From: Dehalococcoidia bacterium
GTDB taxonomy: Bacteria; Chloroflexota; Dehalococcoidia; Lucifugimonadales; UBA3495
Assembly (NCBI GenBank): GCA_034428795.1
Contig: DAOUHF010000131.1
Location: 24,382 to 88,381 of the forward strand
DNA length: 64,000 nucleotides
Direction of reading: 5' to 3'
The translations under genes and the position numbers were made by a program. Below are positions 25,355 through 34,935 of the stretch, one piece after another. Under the pieces are notes generated by a model. The model ran no database searches, had not been told where the DNA came from, and was given only the letters and a program-made list of their open reading frames with translations. Position 1 is the stretch's first letter. Each line of letters begins with the position of its first letter.

Positions 25355-28300
25355 GTGTATATTTCGTATATGCCCACATATCCACATATCGAACGCTACC
25401 ACGCCGACAAGCAGCGGTTTATTGAGTTCGGCGGCTCTGACCAAGAGCAGAGCATACGGCGCGCTTTTGCCGTTTGCCTCGACTCCTATTGCCGCGAACA
25501 CCGGGAAAAGCTGGCCTTGGTGGACGAGTTGGAAGCCCGGCTCCACAACCGCCCCGACGGCACGGTGAAAGACTCCCTCCGTATGGACCGGGGCCACTGG
25601 GAGGCCAAAGACACCCACGACGACCTGGACGCCGAAATTCAGCACAAGTTCAACCGGGGCTACCCCCAAGACAACATCCTCTTTGAAGACTCGCAGACCG
25701 CGGTCTTGATTCAGAACCGGGAAGAGGCGATGCGGGCCGACATGTCCCGCCCTGGTGATCTCCACCGGCTCATACGCGCCTTCCTGGACTACGAGCTGCC
25801 TCAAATCGAGGAGTTCCGCCAAGCGCAGCAGCAATTCAAAGCCGACCTGCCGGCCGTCATCAGCAATCTGCGGGAGGCGGTCGAAGCGGCGGAAGCGAGC
25901 AACCCCGATTACCAGGCGGCCGCCGCCGATTTCCTGGAGCTATGCCAGCAGACCATCAGCCCCGCCGTATCCGCCGGGGACATCCGGGAGATGCTGCTGC
26001 AACACGTCCTGACCCAAGACATCTTCCTGCGGGTGTTCGCCGAGGACCAGTTCCACCGAGAAAACAACGTCGCCCGCCGGCTCGACGCCCTGGAGCAGAC
26101 CTTTTTCACCGGCGACCTGCGCCGGAACGCCGTCGACCGCCTCCGCTTTTACTACGGGGCCATCGGCCGGGCCGCCGACGAGATTGCCGACTACGCCGAG
26201 AAACAGCAATTCCTGAAGGCCATCTACGAAGACTTCTACAAGGCCTACAACCCCGCCGCCGCCGACCGCTTGGGGGTAGTCTACACCCCCAACGAGATCG
26301 TGGACTTCATCATCCGCGGCGCGGACTACCTGCTGCAAAAACACTTCGGCCGGAGCCTGGCCGACGACAACGTGCAGATTCTCGACCCGGCAACCGGCAC
26401 CGGCACGTTTGTCACCAACCTGATCAACTACTTGCCAGAAGACCGTTTGGAGCACAAGTACCGGAAGGAGATACACGCCAACGAAGTGGCGATTCTCCCC
26501 TACTACATCGCCAACCTCAACATCGAATACACCTACCGCGAGAAGATGGGGCGGTACCTGGAGTTCCCCAACCTGTGCTTCGTGGACACGCTGGACAACA
26601 TGGACTGGCAGCAGGCCGGCGCCACCGGCGGCGCCGTCCAGCGGCAGGGGGCCATGAACCTGGGCGGCCTCTCCGAAGAAAACTGGATTCGCATCCAGGA
26701 GCAGAACGAAAAGACCATCAGCGTCATCATTGGCAACCCGCCGTACAACGCCAATCAACAGAACGAAAACGATAACAACAAGAACCGCGAATACCCGGCC
26801 ATAGACCGTCGCATCAGCGAGACCTACATCGCCGCCAGCACGGCGCAGAAGACCAAACAGTACGACATGTACAAGCGGTTTATCCGGTGGGCATCCGACA
26901 GGCTGGCCGACGACGGGATTATCGGGTTCATCACCAATCGCGCGTATATAGATGCAAAGCAGGACGACGGGTTTAGACAAGTTGCCGCCAAGGAGTTTAC
27001 TGACATCTATATCTTGGACTTGGGCTCGGATGTACGCCGCAATCCCAAGATTTCGGGGACGATGCACAACGTCTTCGGCATCCAAACGGGGGTAGCAATC
27101 TGCTTCTTCGTGCGTAGCGGTACCAAACCCCGCGACTGCACAATTAGCTACGCTCTACGCGAGGACAGCGAGCTTGCGACGGATAAACTCGCCTATTTGC
27201 GACAGGCCTGCTTGGACGATATTCCTTTTGAAAACATCACGCCCGACCAGAAAAACAACTGGCTCAACCAGTCCAATAGCGACTTCAACCGGCTGCTTCC
27301 CTTGGCCAACAAGGAGACCAAACTTTCCAAGACTGCTGATGCCGAGCAGGCGGTCTTTAGCCTCTATTCAATGGGTGTTGTCACTAATCGTGACGAATGG
27401 ACTTACGCTTTTGATGAGAATACGGTTTCTGATAGAGTCTATTTCTTTTGCAGAACTTATCGGGACGAAATGCACCGATTTGCGACTGAGAAACCCGACC
27501 CTGGTTCAATCGGCGATTGGGTGGACAGGTCTATCAAATGGACTTCGGAATTGGAGATCCATTTGCTGAAAGGGGATGCCCTTGATTTCACGACTACGAG
27601 CATAGTCCCCGCGTTACACAGGCCATTTGTCGCCAAGTATTGCTACTATGCCCCCATCATCACCCATCGCAGGTATCAGCAGCCACAGATTTTCCCGCAC
27701 GGGGTCGACGCCCGGAACAAAGTGCTCTGTTTTACCGCCGCAGGCTCCAATAGAGATTTTCACGTATTAGCCGCCGCCAAACTCGTTGACCTCCATCTTA
27801 CCGGCGACACCCAATGCCTCCCCCTCTATCGCTACACGGCGGAGGGCGAGCGCATCAGCAACATCACCGAATGGGGTATCCGGCTTATCAACGAACACTA
27901 CCGCAAGGAGTGGGGCAAGGACTTCGACGGCATCTATCCGGACACGGGCATCACTGCCGAGCACATTTTCGCCTACACCTACGCGGTGCTCCACGACCCG
28001 GTTTACCGCTACGATTACGCCGTCGACCTGTTGCGCGAGTTCCCCCGCCTTCCCCTCTACCACGACTTCGACATCTGGGCGCGGATGGGCCAGAAGCTGC
28101 TCGACTTGCACATCGGTTTCGAGTCCGCCGAACCGTACTCCCTTCAGCGGAACGACCAGGCTGGCGCCCCAACTCGAGTGATTCTGCGCCCCGACAAGGA
28201 ACGCGGCGTCATCGTGCTGGACGACAAGACCACGCTGAGCGGAGTGCCGCCCGACGCCTGGCGCTACCGGTTGGGCAGCCGCTCGGCCCTGGAATGGGTG

Positions 28301-28606
28301 CTCGACCAATACAAGGAGCGCAAGCCGAAGGACCCGACCATCGCCGAGAAGTTCAACACCTACCGCTTCGCCGACTATAAGGAGCGCGTAATCGACCTGC
28401 TGCAACGGGTCTGCACCGTCAGCGTCCAGACGATGGACGTGGTGGACGATATGGCCTATTGGGAAGGCGACAACCTGATAGTATTCGGCGACCGGGACAA
28501 GCATGAATTGGCTATGCTGGCCCTTGCCGACTGGGCTAGCCGAGATGAGAAAGAGGACGAAGAATGGTTGGCCGGTTGGGTTGAGGAATGGTCGGAGACA
28601 TCGTAA
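25355..28606 (+). CDS. Single-polypeptide type IIG / type ISP-like restriction-modification enzyme (N6-adenine methyltransferase with an N-terminal PD-(D/E)xK-like motif)
   Basis: 1083 aa. SAM motif ILDPATGTGTF, catalytic GNPPYNANQ, ISP-type C-terminal region (YDMYKRFIRWASDRL..GFITNRAYID, ALEWVLDQYK). N-terminal ...RPDGTVKD...GHWEAKD..DDLDAEIQHKFNRGYP. Start is GTG 25355 or ATG 25370. Confidence 0.75.
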   Translation: MYISYMPTYPHIERYHADKQRFIEFGGSDQEQSIRRAFAVCLDSYCREHREKLALVDELEARLHNRPDGTVKDSLRMDRGHWEAKDTHDDLDAEIQHKFNRGYPQDNILFEDSQTAVLIQNREEAMRADMSRPGDLHRLIRAFLDYELPQIEEFRQAQQQFKADLPAVISNLREAVEAAEASNPDYQAAAADFLELCQQTISPAVSAGDIREMLLQHVLTQDIFLRVFAEDQFHRENNVARRLDALEQTFFTGDLRRNAVDRLRFYYGAIGRAADEIADYAEKQQFLKAIYEDFYKAYNPAAADRLGVVYTPNEIVDFIIRGADYLLQKHFGRSLADDNVQILDPATGTGTFVTNLINYLPEDRLEHKYRKEIHANEVAILPYYIANLNIEYTYREKMGRYLEFPNLCFVDTLDNMDWQQAGATGGAVQRQGAMNLGGLSEENWIRIQEQNEKTISVIIGNPPYNANQQNENDNNKNREYPAIDRRISETYIAASTAQKTKQYDMYKRFIRWASDRLADDGIIGFITNRAYIDAKQDDGFRQVAAKEFTDIYILDLGSDVRRNPKISGTMHNVFGIQTGVAICFFVRSGTKPRDCTISYALREDSELATDKLAYLRQACLDDIPFENITPDQKNNWLNQSNSDFNRLLPLANKETKLSKTADAEQAVFSLYSMGVVTNRDEWTYAFDENTVSDRVYFFCRTYRDEMHRFATEKPDPGSIGDWVDRSIKWTSELEIHLLKGDALDFTTTSIVPALHRPFVAKYCYYAPIITHRRYQQPQIFPHGVDARNKVLCFTAAGSNRDFHVLAAAKLVDLHLTGDTQCLPLYRYTAEGERISNITEWGIRLINEHYRKEWGKDFDGIYPDTGITAEHIFAYTYAVLHDPVYRYDYAVDLLREFPRLPLYHDFDIWARMGQKLLDLHIGFESAEPYSLQRNDQAGAPTRVILRPDKERGVIVLDDKTTLSGVPPDAWRYRLGSRSALEWVLDQYKERKPKDPTIAEKFNTYRFADYKERVIDLLQRVCTVSVQTMDVVDDMAYWEGDNLIVFGDRDKHELAMLALADWASRDEKEDEEWLAGWVEEWSETS

Positions 28607-28902
28607 TCACCCCAGTTCCGTACACCGATCTAAGCGGTGTTAAAATCAGACCGGCTGTTGTGTTAGCTGATGTGGGGATGGGTGACTGGATCCTATGCGA
28701 GATAACAAGCAGTAATCAAAGCCGGCCTCAGAACGTTCAACTCACCCAGCAAGACTTGCGAGCAGGATCATTACGACAAGACAGCGTGGCGCGTCCGGAC
28801 CGGATTTACGCGTTGAACCAACGGCTCTTCAGGAGGATTGTTGGTCAGCTAACGGACGTCAAGCGTGACGAAATCCTCGACTCCGTCCGGTCCCTGTTCT
28901 AA
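28588..28902 (+). CDS. mazF: MazF/PemK-family type II toxin (endoribonuclease)
   Basis: MVGDIVITPVPYTDLSGVKIRPAVVLADVGMGDWILCEITSS...VARPDRIYALNQRLFRRIVGQLTDVKRDEIL. It overlaps the RM gene 3' end by 19 nt. Confidence 0.8.
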   Translation: MVGDIVITPVPYTDLSGVKIRPAVVLADVGMGDWILCEITSSNQSRPQNVQLTQQDLRAGSLRQDSVARPDRIYALNQRLFRRIVGQLTDVKRDEILDSVRSLF

Positions 28903-29366
28903 TGTCTCGGTTTGGCTGGAGCCGTACCGCAGCGGGCAGCCCCAACCACTAGCAGCCCCTTGTTGGGTTGATATATACTCCCTGCGGCTTTTGAAGTTAA
29001 CTTTCCCCGCGCGTTTGCCGTGCGGGCGAGCTTGATCTGGAGTGAGCAGCTAGGATGCGTATACCGGGCAGGCGCGCCGGCCAGGCCGTTCTGGGCTTGG
29101 TCCTCGTTGGACTTATCCTCCTTTCCACCGTGGCCAGCCACGGTTGCACCGTCAGGGGCTCCAGCCCGGCCGGCGACGGACCCGTGGCCTCGTCTTCGTA
29201 GTTTCCCCATCGAAGTTTCCCGACCGAAGTTTCCCCACCGTAGCTGACCAAAAACCGCCCGGACCCGCCAGTTGAGCGGTTTCTGGGCCCTATTTCACCG
29301 GACCGAACCGGACCGGACTCCCGGGACCAGAAACTATCCAATCGGCGCAATCCCCGTTCCAGGGTA

Positions 29367-30644
29367 TTGACGATGGCTGTAGACAACACTCTCTCCCCCC
29401 ACGGCGGCGAGCTGAAGGTGAACGTTGCGGGCCACGGTGACGCGGGCCATAGCCCCAATGGGCTGCCGCGGTTGCCGGTGCGAGACCAGCTTGCCCGGGA
29501 AGTCGTCAATCTCTCCTACGGTTTCTTCTCCCCGCTGAGCGGGTTTATGGACCGCCGCGACGTCGACTCGGTGGTGCGTCACATGACCCTGGCCGACGGG
29601 ACTGTCTGGAGCATCCCCATCGTATTCGATGCTTCCGCCGGAGTTCTGGCTGCCTGCGGCCTCCAGACCGGCGGCCGCGTCCTGTTGACCTACCAGGACC
29701 AGCCGCTGGCGATCCTGGAAATCTCCGACATATTCGATTACGACAGGGACTTCCTGGCGCAACAGGTCTACGGCGCCACCGACGCGGCGCATCCGGGGGT
29801 GGAGCGCACCAACGCCCTTGACGACACTTTCATCGGCGGGCCGGTCACCCTCATCAACCCGCCATCGATCAACCCGCCCTTTGACCGGTTCTGGAAAACG
29901 CCTCAACAATTGCGCGAGCGATTCGCACAGCGGGACTGGCGCTCAGTGGTGGCCCACCAGACCCGCAACGTGCCCCACGCCGGCCACGAATGGTTGATGA
30001 AAGGCGCGTTCCTGTCCTCCGGCGCCGACGGCATCCTGGTCAGCGCCGTGATCGGCGAAAAGAAGCCGGGGGACTATATAGACGAGGCAATCGTCATGGC
30101 CCACGACGTCCTCCGAGAGGCCGGCTTCTTTCTCCCGGGGATACACGAGACGTCCACCCTCATGTGGGACATGCGCTACGCCGGGCCCCGGGAGGCCGTG
30201 TTCCACGCCCTCGTCCGCAAGAACCTGGGCTGCACTCACCATATGTTCGGCCGCGACCACGCCGGGGTGGGCAGCTACTACGAGACCTACGCCGCCCACC
30301 GGATATTTGACAGCCTTCCGGATCTCGGTATAAAGTCGGTTCTTACCCTGGAATGGTGGTACTGTCCGGTCTGCGAAGGAGTGGCTTACGAAGGGATTTG
30401 CGGCCACCGGGACCGGAAACAGGACTTGGCCGGCACTCTGATCCGCAGCATCATCAACGGAGGGGCCGAGCCGGCGGCAACCACCCTCCGGCCCCAAGTG
30501 TTGGAGATTGTCCGGGAGTGCGCGGAGAAATACGGTATGGGCTCAGCCTTTGTAACCCCTGAATACCTGCGAGACCGGCGCCCGGTGATAACCATGCCGG
30601 AGATGACCTGTTGCACCTGTACCGGCGACAATGCGGTTTCTTGA
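29367..30644 (+). CDS. sat: Sulfate adenylyltransferase (ATP sulfurylase)
   Basis: VAHQTRNVPHAGHEWLMK (QTRNPxHxxH motif), with family length and order. Start is TTG 29367 or ATG 29373. Confidence 0.85.
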   Translation: MTMAVDNTLSPHGGELKVNVAGHGDAGHSPNGLPRLPVRDQLAREVVNLSYGFFSPLSGFMDRRDVDSVVRHMTLADGTVWSIPIVFDASAGVLAACGLQTGGRVLLTYQDQPLAILEISDIFDYDRDFLAQQVYGATDAAHPGVERTNALDDTFIGGPVTLINPPSINPPFDRFWKTPQQLRERFAQRDWRSVVAHQTRNVPHAGHEWLMKGAFLSSGADGILVSAVIGEKKPGDYIDEAIVMAHDVLREAGFFLPGIHETSTLMWDMRYAGPREAVFHALVRKNLGCTHHMFGRDHAGVGSYYETYAAHRIFDSLPDLGIKSVLTLEWWYCPVCEGVAYEGICGHRDRKQDLAGTLIRSIINGGAEPAATTLRPQVLEIVRECAEKYGMGSAFVTPEYLRDRRPVITMPEMTCCTCTGDNAVS

Positions 30645-30787
30645 CCACTCAAACCCCCTCTGAACGTACGGAGGGGGTTATTTCTTGGTGGCAACAGGCG
30701 GCGGTTGTACAAGACGCGCCGTCGTGGCGACCGACCACGGGTACCGATTGCCAGCAACAGAACGCCCAGGCCGGAGGAATCTAAACC

Positions 30788-31234
30788 GTGCCAACTTTCG
30801 TTAACCCGAATCAATGCAACGCCTGCCAGGATGAGCACCTCGGCCCCCTCTGCGTCTACATCTGCCCCAATGACCTGATGGTGCTGGACCCCGAGATCAA
30901 CAAGGGCTATAACCAGGAGCCCGACATGTGTTCGGAGTGCTTCGCCTGCGTCAAGCTCTGTCCACAGGAGGCCATCCACGTTCGCGGCTATGCGGACTTC
31001 GTGCCGTTGGGCGCCTTGGTCCAACCCCACCGCACCGATGATGGGCTCCGGTGGGAAGTGGTCTTCCGGGATGGCCGCCAATTCGAGTTCACCTACCCGT
31101 CCCGGACCCGGCCGGCCGGCTCGGTGGCGCCTTACCAGGGGTTTACCGAAGACCAGGTAAACGATCTGGGCAACCAGTCTCTGGCCGGAGACTCGGTGTG
31201 GCTGGGCGTCGACCGGTTGCCGACGCCCCAGTAG
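30788..31234 (+). CDS. aprB: Adenylylsulfate (APS) reductase beta subunit
   Basis: MPTFVNPNQCNACQDEHLGPLCVYICPNDLM...CSECFACVKLCPQEAI (two 4Fe-4S motifs). GTG start. Confidence 0.9.
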   Translation: MPTFVNPNQCNACQDEHLGPLCVYICPNDLMVLDPEINKGYNQEPDMCSECFACVKLCPQEAIHVRGYADFVPLGALVQPHRTDDGLRWEVVFRDGRQFEFTYPSRTRPAGSVAPYQGFTEDQVNDLGNQSLAGDSVWLGVDRLPTPQ

Positions 31235-31302
31235 CGGACGTCCCAGCAGCGGACGCCCCAGTAGCGGACGTCCCAGCAGCGGACGCCCCAGCAGCGGACG
31301 CT
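31228..31302. repeat. 15-bp x 5 tandem repeat in the aprB-aprA spacer
   Basis: CCAGTAGCGGACGTC / CCAGCAGCGGACGCC alternate five times. The first unit contains the aprB TAG stop. Confidence 0.9.
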
Positions 31303-31369
31303 GTCCCTGCGGAGGTCTTCCAGCGAGACCTGTTTTCCCCTTTCTTATTGTCGGCTTGGGAGTAAAGAA

Positions 31370-33229
31370 ATGGCGTTGCCTACAACCGAAACAGTTGACT
31401 GCGACGTTCTGATCATCGGCGGCGGCATGTCCGGTTGCGGGGCCGCCTTCGAGGCCAAGTATTGGAGCGGCGATTCCCGGGTGGTCATGGTGGAGAAAGC
31501 CGCCATCGAACGCAGCGGGGCCACCGGTGAGGGCCTGTCCGCCATCAATTGTTACATGGGCCAGCGCTACGGGTGGAACACCCCGGAAGACTTCGTCCGC
31601 TACGTGGTCAACGACATGATGGGGCTGGCCCGGGAAGACCTCGTCTATGACGTAGGCCGCCACGTGGACAACTCCGTTCACCTCCTGGAGGAATGGGGTC
31701 TGCCCATCTGGAAGCGGGAAAACGGCGAATACGAACGCATCGGCCGGTGGCAGATACCGATCCACGGCGAGTCCATCAAACCCATCGCCGCCGGGCCGGC
31801 CCGCACGGCCCTGGGGCCGGAGAACCTCTACGAGCGGGTGTGCGTTACCCACCTGCTGACCGACGCCAACGAGCCCGACCGCATCGCCGGCGCCGTGGGA
31901 TTCGCCGTACGGGAGAACAAGTTCTACGTCTTCCGCTCGCCGACGGTGGTCATCACCACCGGCGGAGCTTCCAACGTGTTCCGGCCCCGGTCGGTGAGCG
32001 AGGGGCTGGGCCGCACCTGGTACTCGGTCTTCTCCACCGGCTCGGCCTACGGGCTGATGATCCCCATCGGTACCGAAATGACCCAGATGGAGCACCGGTT
32101 CGTGCCCACCCGGTTCAAGGACGGCTACGGCCCGGTGGGCATGTGGTTCCAGTACTTCCATGCCAAGGTAACGAATTCCCTGGGCGACGACTACACGGTG
32201 ACCCGGGCCGACGAACTCAAGAAGTACGAGCCCTACGGATCGGCCATCCCGACGCCCACTCCGCTCCGCAACCACCAGATGTTCCTGGACATTCGCGACG
32301 GGCTGGGGCCCATGTACATGCGGACGGACGAAGCGATGCACGCCCTGGCGGGAGGCGACCCTGCCCGCATGGAGCAGGTGCGCAACGAAGCCTGGGAAGA
32401 CTTTCTGGACATGACAATCTCACAGGCCCTGACCTGGGCCGCCCAGAACATCGCTCCTGAAGACACCCCCTCAGAGGTCGTGCTGGCCGAGCCCTACATC
32501 ATGGGCTCCCATTCCGGGGAGGCCGGAGCTTGGGTCAGCGGCCCGGAGGACATCGCTACCGGGGACTACTTCTGGGGCTACAACCGCATGACAACCATCA
32601 AGGGGCTGTTCGCCGCCGGTGACGGCGTGGGGGCGGCGCCCCACAAGTTCTCATCCGGGTCATTCACCGAAGGCCGCCTCGCCGGCAAAGCGGCGGTCAA
32701 TTTCTTGGCCGACAACCCCGCCAGCCCCACCCTGGACCCGGAAGCAACGCAGGAGCTGCAACGGACCATCTGGGGCCCGATGGAGACCTTCGACCGCCAC
32801 AAGGGAGAGACCACGGCGGAGGAAATCAACCCCAACTATCTCACTCCCAAGCAGGGGTTGGTGCGATTGCAGAAGATCATGGACGAATACGGCGCCGGCG
32901 CCGGCGCCTGGTACACCACCAACGGCCCAACTCTGGAACGGGGGATCAGTCTCCTGGAGGTATTCCGGCAGGACTTGACCCACCTGGCCGCCCGCAACCG
33001 CCACGAACTCATGCGCTGCTGGGAACTGGTGCACCGGGCCTGGGTCGGCGAGGCGCACATGCGGCACCTGCTCCATCGCCAGGAGACCCGCTGGCCCGGC
33101 TACTACTACCGGTCCGACTTCCCCAATCTGGACGACGCCAACTGGCGGGTATTCGTCAACTCCCGGTACGACGCCTCGAACGACAACTGGGAAATCTTCA
33201 CCCGCCCCTACCGCAACCTGATCACCTGA
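31370..33229 (+). CDS. aprA: Adenylylsulfate (APS) reductase alpha subunit (FAD)
   Basis: 619 aa. DVLIIGGGMSGCGAAFEA FAD fold, and an AprA-typical C-terminus ...ETRWPGYYYRSDFP. Confidence 0.9.
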   Translation: MALPTTETVDCDVLIIGGGMSGCGAAFEAKYWSGDSRVVMVEKAAIERSGATGEGLSAINCYMGQRYGWNTPEDFVRYVVNDMMGLAREDLVYDVGRHVDNSVHLLEEWGLPIWKRENGEYERIGRWQIPIHGESIKPIAAGPARTALGPENLYERVCVTHLLTDANEPDRIAGAVGFAVRENKFYVFRSPTVVITTGGASNVFRPRSVSEGLGRTWYSVFSTGSAYGLMIPIGTEMTQMEHRFVPTRFKDGYGPVGMWFQYFHAKVTNSLGDDYTVTRADELKKYEPYGSAIPTPTPLRNHQMFLDIRDGLGPMYMRTDEAMHALAGGDPARMEQVRNEAWEDFLDMTISQALTWAAQNIAPEDTPSEVVLAEPYIMGSHSGEAGAWVSGPEDIATGDYFWGYNRMTTIKGLFAAGDGVGAAPHKFSSGSFTEGRLAGKAAVNFLADNPASPTLDPEATQELQRTIWGPMETFDRHKGETTAEEINPNYLTPKQGLVRLQKIMDEYGAGAGAWYTTNGPTLERGISLLEVFRQDLTHLAARNRHELMRCWELVHRAWVGEAHMRHLLHRQETRWPGYYYRSDFPNLDDANWRVFVNSRYDASNDNWEIFTRPYRNLIT

Positions 33230-33242
33230 GCGCCCCGCACGT

Positions 33243-34028
33243 CTAGCTCCGTCGCCGGCCCGCTTGGTACCAGTAGTCCGTGGGCTGCGGCGGCGCCGGT
33301 CTGCCGGATCGCGGACCCACCTTACTGTACACAGCCATCAAAACCAACCCGGCGACGAACCCGCCGATGTGGGCGAAAAAGGCCACGCTAACGCCTTGTG
33401 GGACCCCCAGGGACGCCAGGCCCTGGAACCCCTGCCAAACAAACCAGCCTCCCAGGAGCCACCAGGCCCGCATCTCCACCACCGTAATCAGGTAGAAAAT
33501 AATCAAGGCCCTGATGCGGTTGAAGGGGTAGGCCAGGAGGTAGGCTCCCAACACGCCGGAAACGGCGCCGCTGGCTCCCACCATGGGGACCTCCGAGTGG
33601 GGGTCGATGGCCAGTTGGGACAGGGCCGCCGCGGCCCCGGTAGCCAGATAGAACAGCAGGAACTTCAGGCGGCCCCACCGGTGTTCGATATTGTCCCCGA
33701 ACACCCACAGAAACATCATGTTGCCAGCCAAATGAAAGAAGCCGCCGTGGATGAACATGGAGGAGACAATGGTGGCCCAGGTCGGCAGCGGCGTCTCGAT
33801 GACGTACGGTCCAGCGTGGGTGAAGGACTTCCCGGCGGCCAGCTCCTCGGGGATGAAGCCAAACTTCAAGTAGAAGAGGTGAATATCCATACCCCCGCCG
33901 CCGGTCAGCACTCCGAGCCCGCCGAGTTGCAACTCGTACAGAAAGACGAGGCAATTGAGGCCGATTAGCCCCATGGTGACTACGGGCAGGGTCGGATGGC
34001 GCGGACCGGCGTCGGCGAAGGGTATCAA
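33243..34028 (-). CDS. Rhomboid-family intramembrane serine protease
   Basis: Polytopic, with GASGAVSGVLGAY (catalytic Ser) and HIGGFVAG (catalytic His). Confidence 0.85.
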   Translation of the reverse strand: MIPFADAGPRHPTLPVVTMGLIGLNCLVFLYELQLGGLGVLTGGGGMDIHLFYLKFGFIPEELAAGKSFTHAGPYVIETPLPTWATIVSSMFIHGGFFHLAGNMMFLWVFGDNIEHRWGRLKFLLFYLATGAAAALSQLAIDPHSEVPMVGASGAVSGVLGAYLLAYPFNRIRALIIFYLITVVEMRAWWLLGGWFVWQGFQGLASLGVPQGVSVAFFAHIGGFVAGLVLMAVYSKVGPRSGRPAPPQPTDYWYQAGRRRS

Positions 34029-34074
34029 CGCCTGCTCACCCGGTCCGCCACTCGCAGGACGACGGGAAGGCGTC

Positions 34075-34116
34075 CGAAAAACAACAAATGCGCCACCCTG
34101 AGATGGCGGCGCATTT
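34075..34116 (-). terminator. Rho-independent terminator candidate after the kinase-like gene
   Basis: On the minus strand: AAATGCGCCGCCAT-ctcag-GGTGGCGCATTT followed by GTTGTTTTT. Confidence 0.55.
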
Positions 34117-34139
34117 GAGAAAGGCGGGGTGACTACCGG

Positions 34140-34841
34140 TCAAGAAAGCAGGTCGCCGGCGGCGTGGGCGATCACCTCGGCCGCCGCTTCCGGCTGCATT
34201 AAGCCCATGTTCAGGACCATGTGGTACCGGTCCGGGTCGTTGGGGTTGAACTTGAAGAATTTGCGGAAGAATTCCTCCCGCGCCCGTTCCAACTCGACGA
34301 CGACGTCCTCGGCCTCGGACTTGGCGTAATGCTCCCTCTGCATGAGAGTGCTGACCCTCACTTCCGCCGGGGCCAGCAGCCCTACGTGCATTACGTCCGG
34401 GGCATCGGCCAGGATTGCGTTGGCGCCGCGGCCGATGATCACCGCGTTCCCCGCCTTGTGGAGGTCGTTCACCACCGTGTTCATCGCTTCGATGAAGGTC
34501 TTGTCGTCGATGGAGGGGATGGAACTGCTGCTCTGGTTGACCATATCCAGGTAAGTCTCGGGAGGAAGATTCTCGATCCCCCTGCCGAAGTAGGGCTCTC
34601 CGCTGACACCGGACATGGCGGAGCGCTCCAACATCGTTTGCAAGAACCTCCCCAAGCGGTCCCGCAACCTGTCGACCCGCTGTTCCTTGGCGATCAGCGC
34701 ACCGACCGGAGTACCGATGATTCGGGCCGCCTGAGTGAAAATCAGGCGGTCGACGAAGTCCATTTCCAGCTTTTTGGCCACCAGTTGGCCGATGATAACG
34801 GCGCCGCAACCCAAGGGGCCGTTGACGGTTATGATTGCCAT
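34140..34841 (-). CDS. Cytidylate kinase-like family protein (P-loop)
   Basis: MAIITVNGPLGCGAVIIGQLVAKKLEMDFVDRLIFTQAA resembles the Cytidylate_kin2 pattern (ITISR..GSGG..IG..LA..LG..Y.D). Confidence 0.55.
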   Translation of the reverse strand: MAIITVNGPLGCGAVIIGQLVAKKLEMDFVDRLIFTQAARIIGTPVGALIAKEQRVDRLRDRLGRFLQTMLERSAMSGVSGEPYFGRGIENLPPETYLDMVNQSSSSIPSIDDKTFIEAMNTVVNDLHKAGNAVIIGRGANAILADAPDVMHVGLLAPAEVRVSTLMQREHYAKSEAEDVVVELERAREEFFRKFFKFNPNDPDRYHMVLNMGLMQPEAAAEVIAHAAGDLLS

Positions 34842-34935
34842 TTTATATACCTCCGGGGACGAGGTGTCGGGTTTGAAAATCCATTGGCCGCGATGTCAGG
34901 AAAGCCGGCCATACACACCGCCGGGTCCCGCCGCT

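Noticed and set aside
29055-29201. 48-codon ORF with a signal-peptide-like hydrophobic core (MRIPGRRAGQAVLGLVLVGLILLSTVASHGC…) upstream of sat, followed by three GAAGTTTCCCC repeats
   Set aside because: It is too short and lacks a recognisable RBS or homolog pattern to call as a gene from sequence alone. It is noted only as a possibility.
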